NCBI GenBank assembly: GCA_017499595.2
Contig: CM039010.1
Location: 496,001-560,000, forward strand
Direction: 5' to 3'
Origin: Psilocybe cubensis
Lineage: Eukaryota
Length of the DNA stretch: 64,000 bases
Below, in pieces: positions 56,071 through 64,000 of this stretch (its first letter is position 1; each line of letters opens with the position of its first letter). Below the pieces are notes generated by a model. The model was not told where the DNA came from. It did no database searches and saw only the letters and a list, made by a program, of their open reading frames with translations. Position numbers and translations under genes: made by a program.

Positions 56071-58882
56071 TACATAGGAGCGCCCTCGCCATTAGCATAG
56101 CACCCCATCGAATCGGAACAAAGATGTAAGATATAGTGAGCCACCACCCGGTATTGTATCGGAGATCAAGGAAGCCAATCCCTTGTAAACTATGAGCTTT
56201 ACTTGCTGTATGACATATACTGCTGAGAAGAATAATGGAAGAGAAAGTCTAGCCCATCCAGAAGGCGATGTGGGTTTAATTCTCTTTGGAATCTGCCAGG
56301 CTTTAGCAGTTATCTATACGGGTCTAAGACTACCGACCACTAGACAACTCCAGCTAGTATTAGAATTCCCAAGTCAATGAAACTATGAAACGACATGATG
56401 GATGACCAGTAGTAAAGAAGCATATGTTTGTGTGAGGACCTGAGCCTAAATTGAGATAAAATCCTTCATCTGTGGTGTACAGCTTGACATATTACTCCCA
56501 GGCAAAGCTCGAGCTCTCGTCGTCTCGATCAATTTTGGGCACCGATAATTTTCCGCACTGACCCAAGAAGATCCAAGACTACCTAAGACCGGGGCCCCGT
56601 AAATACAATTTGAATATGCGAATGCAATTAGTTCCTGCCATCAGGAAGATCCGCCTCGCTATCACACCGAGCGAGCGAGTACGGTAGTAGGCGCACAATG
56701 TACCGGAAAGATGAGTTTCTTATGTTAGGAGATGGCGAGTGAGACTCTGTTCAATATACCTTCAACCGGGCAGTCGGAGTAATCTCGCGGGTTACAAGTT
56801 CACTCACTGGTTAACCCCTGAGGCCGGGAGGCATGCAGCCTCGTTGGATACCCAATGAGACGGCTAAGGCTTTCAAGGTTTTCAAGTCAGACAGGCCACG
56901 ACGCGTTCGCTGGGTTGGTGACTATGTCGAGGTTATGGCAACACATCGACAGTTAGACTGGCATATATGCTTCACTAGCTAGTAGAAGGCCCATAAGACG
57001 ATTCGCGGTGGCCTATGAATGTGCCATGTCGATGATAAACCAACAATTCGTTTCTCTTTCCACCCAGGTCAATCCTAGTTCTACTGAGAAACACATACGT
57101 TTTTAGTGCGGTAATAATGTCTTGAGGCCCAACAAACCAGTTTTTTTTATGTTGACGTTCCCGACGTGGTGTCTTGACCAAAAATAATCCCTGGTATGAT
57201 TCAAGATAAGATGAGATGGGCAGAGTACCTGAAAATAATTTTTATATTTTTATGGTGCATTCCTTCACACCACCTAGTGTGGAATATCATGCGATCCGGA
57301 TTTTTTCGCCCGGCAGAGAAGTTTGCAACTCGAGTTCGGCTCGGAGACTCTCGTATAAAGCGAAACTGCAAGTATCATGGCAATCGGTGTGAAAGGTAGA
57401 CACGGAACCGACCCCAGACAGCCGCTCAAGCTCCGCGTAAGCAAAGTAAACGCGACATGAAAGACAAAGATAACATACTATCCATGTACTAACATCGATT
57501 TGGTATAAGAACAGAGCAGTGTTTCTAGACGGCGCACACGTCTGATTATAGTAGAGAATAGTGACATCATTGAATCCAATAGAAGGTCTCGTAAAAATAC
57601 GCCTCATGCCGAAGGAAAAGAATCTGGAGGGCTCACAAGGAAAAGAAGAAAAAAGCGAGTCTGAAGGATGCGCAGTCGACAATGTGCTGGCATACGAACA
57701 AAAAAGTGCGTAATTCCTGATGGAATCTCATGGACATTCACAGAGAATAGTGTTCCGGGATTTCAAGGCAGAGGCACGATGGAATTGGGTCAGTTCCAGG
57801 AGCGAACGACTGAATCCTGATTGCTAGGATCGTCCTTCGGGTAGGAATTTCTTGCCCACGTGTAGAACCACAGTCGCGCGAAGGTCGACAAAGCGTCTAC
57901 CAATCAGTCTTTGTCGGCAATCGGTATCTCTGTGCGCCATTTGAACTATTGAATGCACGTCCAAGGTCAAAAAGGCCCAGTGAGAAAACCATATCCCAAT
58001 ATGACGGTCCGGTTATTATTATCGCCTGAAAACAAAAACTCGACGCGGGAGAATTGACCTGCAGGATGTCTACTCGCCTAGAACACCTGACGCATCATAG
58101 ATGGTGTAAGTTTTGCTTTACGAAAGGTCATGGGTTGAAAACCGCCCTTCGGATGCTGCCTAATTTTTAGAAATTAACACTGGCCTATATATAATCAAAA
58201 TTTCAGTCAGATATGCAGTAACGGTGTCGATACTTCTATAAAAGAGAAATGAATGCGCATACCTCAGATGCCTCCACCAGGCAAGGTTTTATCGTTGAAA
58301 CAGTTGTCATATAGTCAGGTGCTGCGGCAGAAGATTACTGTGCTCTTTCTTGACAAGTTCGTGCTTCTACGCTGCTTTCATACATCAAAATTCTGACCAT
58401 ACAAGAGCAGGGAGGTGTATGATTTTGGGCGACTGAAGTCTCGAAAACCCCTGGTCGCAATCCAGACTTCGGACGGTACTTGTTCAGGAATTTCCCCGCG
58501 GGGAGGTGGATCCTGAAAATCCATCTGAGGTGTGTATGCACTAGTTTCTTCAAAATTTCATGAACTTTATGTTGCTCCGGCCAGGGTCAGGATCCAAATG
58601 ATGTTTGATCCTGAAAGACTGTAAAGTGTAGAAGACAAGGTGGCGATGGTTCGGGTTCAACATGTGAGATCTGACCAAATTTCAACGCCAGGTAAATAAA
58701 GACAAAATGGGAGAAAAAGCAGTCTATATTTGGAGTTTTCAACTAAAAGTGTATAATTTTGACCCCAATATCTCAATTTGGGACACAAAGCCAACGACAC
58801 ACCACGCCTTTGCCTGCCACCATCCTCATAGTTCGCTCCATTCAAATAGATATCAATAAAAACACTTTACATACCTACTTCT

Positions 58883-59720
58883 ATGGCACCTCAAGGCAAC
58901 TCTCAGGGTACCTTCTCGCCAAAGTAAGCTCTGTTCGTTTTATCATCCTCCAAATCATCTTACTGATGGCCTACGTTACAGTTCTCGGAATAAGGATTTA
59001 GCAATGAATCTAGCTGGCAACATTGCAGCAGAAGTGCGGATTCTACTGGCAGACATAGGAAAGCTTCGGGATGAGAGACGTCAGCTTCAATAGTGTGTCC
59101 CTATTACCCAATTTCTTTCGACTAGTAACATTGTACTCATTTCTCAACGGTTCGCTTGTTGCAGTGAAATTGCTGAGCTCATGGCTGTTCGATCCAAGTT
59201 CAGCGCCAATGGAGAATTCCAACCAGAATGGAGGCCACCTGTAAGTTGTTTTAGTTGCTTCACAGTCATATTCGTCTGAACAACTTCTAATTATTATCGC
59301 TTGATCAGGCGATCGAGGCACCACCTCCCCCAGAACCACCCCTAGCAATCGAAGCTCCCCCTCAGGCCAAACCAGGCTGGCGCGTTGTGCACAAGAAACC
59401 TGAAAGGAAAGCAAGAACAACGCCAAAGATGGTCGGCCCCCCTCCTCCTGCCACTCCTGCTCCTGAAGCCCCGAAACCACAAGTCCCAGCTTGGGCGCAA
59501 TGGAGGCGTATGTAGCATATTTCCATTTTGACGCGCAGTATTCTCAACCTATCTCTTTCCTTTTAGCAAATCCTCTCCTTGCGCCCACCCCCGTCGCTCC
59601 AGGTTCGCCAGGTCCACCACCTCGAGCCGGACTTTTTGGTACGCAGCTCTTATCTGTGAGAAAGTAACCCTAAATTGACTCATTTCCTTCTTAGGACCTT
59701 CAACGCCTCCTCCGAAATAG
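58883..59720 (+). CDS. Uncharacterised 174-aa coiled-coil and proline-rich protein (not in the ORF track)
   Basis: Six exons (58883-58923, 58982-59092, 59165-59240, 59309-59507, 59567-59638, 59695-59720), all GT-AG, 525 nt and open throughout: ...IAAEVRILLADIGKLRDERRQLQYEIAELMAVRSKF...EFQPEW...PGWRVV...PAWAQWRP...GLFGPSTPPPK*. Confidence 0.85.
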
Positions 59721-61329
59721 GCATTTCACATCATTTATCGACGGATATATTCTTTCTTTGTGTAAAAATCTTCAAGATGAGAGAGACGTCTTTCTAATTG
59801 TACAGTGCTGACGTCGCCTCAGTCATTCCATTTCTTGTTTGTATTTTGTAGATACCAACTATTCCTTTTTCTTGTCTTCGGCAGGATTTACTTTTGTACC
59901 ACCACTTTTCAATTTCAGATTTTGTCAAATGTATCTTTCTGTGATGGGTCGTCTTCTACCTCCTCTAAATTTACTAATAAATTCACCTAGTTGTATCATC
60001 TACTTGACTATGCATCTATTTTTCACATTCTGCATGCTCGTTGACTTCTAACTTCGCCGCCGACCTACACGTAAAATCACTTCAAACTACTCACGATGCA
60101 TCATAACAACCTCATATAGCGCTAGAGCATACACCCGACTCTGATTTAATCTAGATTTTCAATCGGGTCGCATCTCAGAAAACAAGCTTCGAAAACGGAG
60201 AAAACATTCGGCAATCGCGATAGGTAAAGTTCACATGTCATTGCAAAGTGAAGACATACTGTTAGACTACTTATTATTCCGAGCAGCTTGATTGTTGGAA
60301 TAGGTTAAAACCCGTTGAAATCGTGAACGCCAAGATGAGTAGAGACCCAGTAAGAACACGGACGAACTACGGAACGTTGATTGTTATGTGAAGTAGAGAA
60401 AATCCCATGCCACTACTATCATGTTGCAACTGTGGTAATTTTCCGTAACGACTTGCAGGGTCAGTAATACAGTAGCAAGCGTGTTCGAGACGCGATAAGC
60501 ATGTAAAGATGCCTTACTATTTTCACTCTGATACATGGTTACTTGTGGCGCCATCAAGAGTCGACATATCATACTTGGTTCCAATGCGGACCTGGGAATC
60601 CGTCCTGGCACCGTTAGCAGTGTAATTAACAGGAAAAATTGCGCTTTTTACACTGTGGAGAATGTAAGAATTTCTGTACTGAGGTAAACGAACTGCGCCG
60701 ATTCCGAATCGCAGATCTTGCGGCAAATTGACGAATTGAAGACGTACATCCGGGGGCAGGTATCTTCTCGAACGCACTCTAAATTCGAGAACCATTCTTA
60801 AATCCAATATCTTCCATTCGGTTAATAGAAAAAAAATCCCTCATCCGCGGTGGAGCATGTGGTCAACGAGAGTCATTAAAGGATGTTGGTATGTCACCCC
60901 ACCGGAATTCTGTAAAGGTGTCTTTTGCGTTTCTATTTGCCATATAATAACATATTTTCCCTCGATTTCCCCAGATTTATTCTTCAGCGCGCCACAAAGA
61001 CCGAAATTAGTAGAGGCATGAGTCTCCCTTGTATTGGGGTCACCCAAGTTAATTATGGATGCTTCCAGGGAAGGGGAAGTGAAGAGATGGAGTATTTCGG
61101 ATTTCTTAAATATCCGTCACCCAAGACCTTGTGGAGGTGTGGAGGTGTGTATTGGACCCACCATCCGTAATCTCTCCCAGGTTTTTCCGATAAGTTTGGC
61201 CACAATGTATCTCAAAAGAACTTTGCTGTATATCATTCGACAAAAATGGAGACGTAATAATGTCCCGCACGAAGATGGGCAAATACCAAGAATAACATAA
61301 AATAAATAGTGAAGCGCCTGCACGAGACT

Positions 61330-63789
61330 TCACTCGCATTCCGAGGGGACATTCGAACCGTCGAGGAAAGCGGCCGGATTTTGTACTGCGTTCGTTCCAA
61401 GTCCACGGGAGGCAAACGCTTTCCAAATCATGCAGGCGTGTGTGCCGTTGTAGCGGTTGTGGTCAGCTTGTATGAAAGCATCACGAGCTTGAAGGACTGT
61501 CAATAGAAAAACCATAAACCGACATTCAATGCTGGCTCTGAGGTTCGAGGACAGAAAAAAAGGCAACACGTACACGAAGGCTCGCAAGGCTGGATCGAAA
61601 GCGCGTCCATAAACAAGTGTAAGAAGATGACGTTTCCTTTGTTAACGTCAGGGTTGACCCTAGCTTCATTGGAAAAACCGAAGCTGTTTACGAGCACGGC
61701 GTAGACGTTGTGTAGCATATTAGCCCATACTTCGCCAATACCTACCGTCAATGTCGAATATCACGCCGTCAGAGGGTTCTCTTTAAGAGTGAAAACTATC
61801 AGAAATGATACCCACTGTGAACATCCGTGACTCCGGTCAAGCTAGAAAAACGAAGAGGATTGACCGCTCTGAAAATCCCAAATGAGTGTACTTGGCATGG
61901 TCAGTTGAGCTGACTGCCAACTCACGGGTCAGTCGAATATGGGTACTTGCGTCCTCCATGAGTATCGTTGAACAGATAACGGGAAAATGTAAAGTCCTGT
62001 ACTGGGTCTGGAGATTGGGAGACCCAGCTGATAGGATGAAATAATTATCAGCCAAATAGTCGTTCAATACAATGCGAAATGAATGGGAGAACATACTCCG
62101 CCATCATGTCTGACCAGCCTTCTCCCAAACCCGAGGAATACAGGCTGCCCAGGCAGTCCGCTGTTCCACCACCTGTCAAACGATTAGTAATGCCGTGTGT
62201 AGCTTCGTGGACAAGCATCGAGTTGTCCATGTCCGTATCACGCCTAACCTAAAATACAGGAAGACAGTAGTTAGCAATAAGCTAGACAGTCATAGCATAT
62301 GCCCTAACCGCATTTCCTGGGCCCGTGAATAGGTAAGTACTACATTCAGGTGATTGTCCCCTAACAATCTCAGGAGTTAGAGATGCCGAGAGAGGGTAAC
62401 TGATAAATCATACTCGGGAGGTGTAGCGAATTGCGCGGTATTGAAATTTCTCGTATCTTGAACTGTTAAAAGAACAGGGTCGCCACCAACACCACCCAAT
62501 CCAAAATTGTTCACCTGAAAGTTAAACGCCTTCTCATCAAATCCATACATGTAAGCGAAGTCGTGGACTGAGTTCATGACATAAAATGCGTTAACTGCTC
62601 CAGCCTGCGGATTGGTGCCATTGAGAGGGTCAACAGTTGTGTTGTAAAAATAGACGAAGTTCGTCGGAGCAGAGGTTTGGTGAATCGGAAGTTTGGTGAC
62701 GTAGCTGGAAGCAATGACATTGTTGCCACTATAGTAAACAGGGATTTCTGTCAAACGGCATCATAAGCGGAATAAAAAACTCAAGAAGTCTTACGAGGTG
62801 GTATTGGTCAAGGGGCCCCCCGTGGAGTGCCATCCAAGGGGTGATGCGTCCAAGTCTGCTAACGTGTACAGTTGTAATTGACCTGGTCCCTCGGTGATTG
62901 ATTGTATCGTTATGAAAAGCGCTTCCATCTAAAAATCAACTCGTTTTCTGAATAAAGAGGGGTGCATATAGCATAAAAGAAACTTACAAATAAGTGGGAC
63001 ACGAAGTTTGAGGCAGACACTAATTTTCCAGAGTGGGCATCGATATGTGCTTGATACCATGTCCCCTTGTCCGCGTTTTTAATCTGGATAACGTGGGTAA
63101 GTGCAATTGATCCATCTGGTTGGACAAAATATTCAAGGTATGGAGGGTGACCGTTGTGGGTACCGTCCAAGCTTTTTTCGGCGCTTGTAATGGCAGAGGC
63201 CAGCGAAATAGATGGAGTCGAAGACGCAATCTTGTCTTTGAGAGAGAAGTTGAAGGTAATTGGAGAGGTACTAGACTAAGGATGACACACCAACTGGAAC
63301 AAAAGATGACCCAAATGCCACGACCTTTCCCTTCTTCAATGCCACATTTCCTACAGCGTTAGAGAAGGTGATATTGTTCTAGCAAGTGATTGAAGCTCAA
63401 TTATATATAAACCACAAGTTAAGGAACCCTCACATGTGCCTGCTTGACGTAGGCATGGTCGACAATATCAGAGGAATAGCCACTGTGGTATACCACCTCA
63501 TGCGCATGTAGTCCCAATTTGGCCTGGACAAAAGAGATGGCAGTACTATCGACGCTCCTCCTTCTACCGGATACTGGAGCCTCGACACCCTCCCCATACA
63601 CCTAATTTTGCGCAAATATTCAGTACACGTCAATTGGTAGGTAATACCTGTTTGCACCTCATAATGGACTTTTGGGTGGAATGATTTCCTAATATCTTGA
63701 GGAATGGGGGCATCTCCATACGAAATGGAAGCCTTAGTTAAGGAGAGAAGCGACACAGTTACAAACGAGAGAAGGGAGAAAAAATTCAT
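61330..63789 (-). CDS. Secreted fungalysin metallopeptidase (M36)
   Basis: Signal peptide, propeptide, ASPLGWH, YGFDEKAFNFQ, HEATHGITNRLTGGG zinc motif, GLGEGWSD, IGEVWANML, IWKAFASRGLG. Confidence 0.96.
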
Positions 63790-64000
63790 CTTTGGTTGTC
63801 AGGAAAGAGGGAAATCAAGGGGTGCTCGACAAGAAGACTACTTGAAGATGCACCTTTGACAGAGGCTTTATATGTAATGCTTAGACAAACCCAGCGCCAA
63901 CGATAAAATGATTTCATGAGATAAGAGGCGCCGTTCTTCGATTCTTGAGTTGATCATCGACCTAAGAATGCGTAAAAAGAATCAGAATTTATCTGCTTCT

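Noticed and set aside
60380-61300. Possible gene remnant (SQILRQIDELKTYIRG and ORF 61034-61300)
   Set aside because: Stops in all frames and no identifiable family.

Overview
Intron-rich (mostly 45-70 nt GT-AG and occasional GC-AG introns, many micro-exons) fungal nuclear DNA, most consistent with an agaricomycete (mushroom-forming basidiomycete). I read about 24 spliced genes by hand; CDS coordinates are start-to-stop spans including introns. Housekeeping and metabolic genes: MCT-type MFS transporter, RPB9, RPL27, cyclophilin-40, OCRL-like inositol 5-phosphatase, DUS1, LAG1-type ceramide synthase, DJ-1/PfpI, GH1 beta-glucosidase, Gfo/Idh/MocA oxidoreductase, cytochrome P450 and an M36 fungalysin. 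Lineage-specific material: a class I hydrophobin with a basic pro-region, three F-box genes plus a probable F-box relic, a Clp1-like gene, several uncharacterised membrane proteins and a TIR-bounded transposon relic in the RPB9 promoter. The most unusual items are a putative 7-TM protein fused to a C-terminal C2 domain, two spliced genes not recovered by the ORF track (an N-terminally Cys-rich 123-aa protein and a Pro-rich coiled-coil 174-aa protein), and a 6-Cys small secreted protein gene broken by one extra base. No tRNA, rRNA or CRISPR features were seen. Family assignments rest on motif recognition only; no database search was run.
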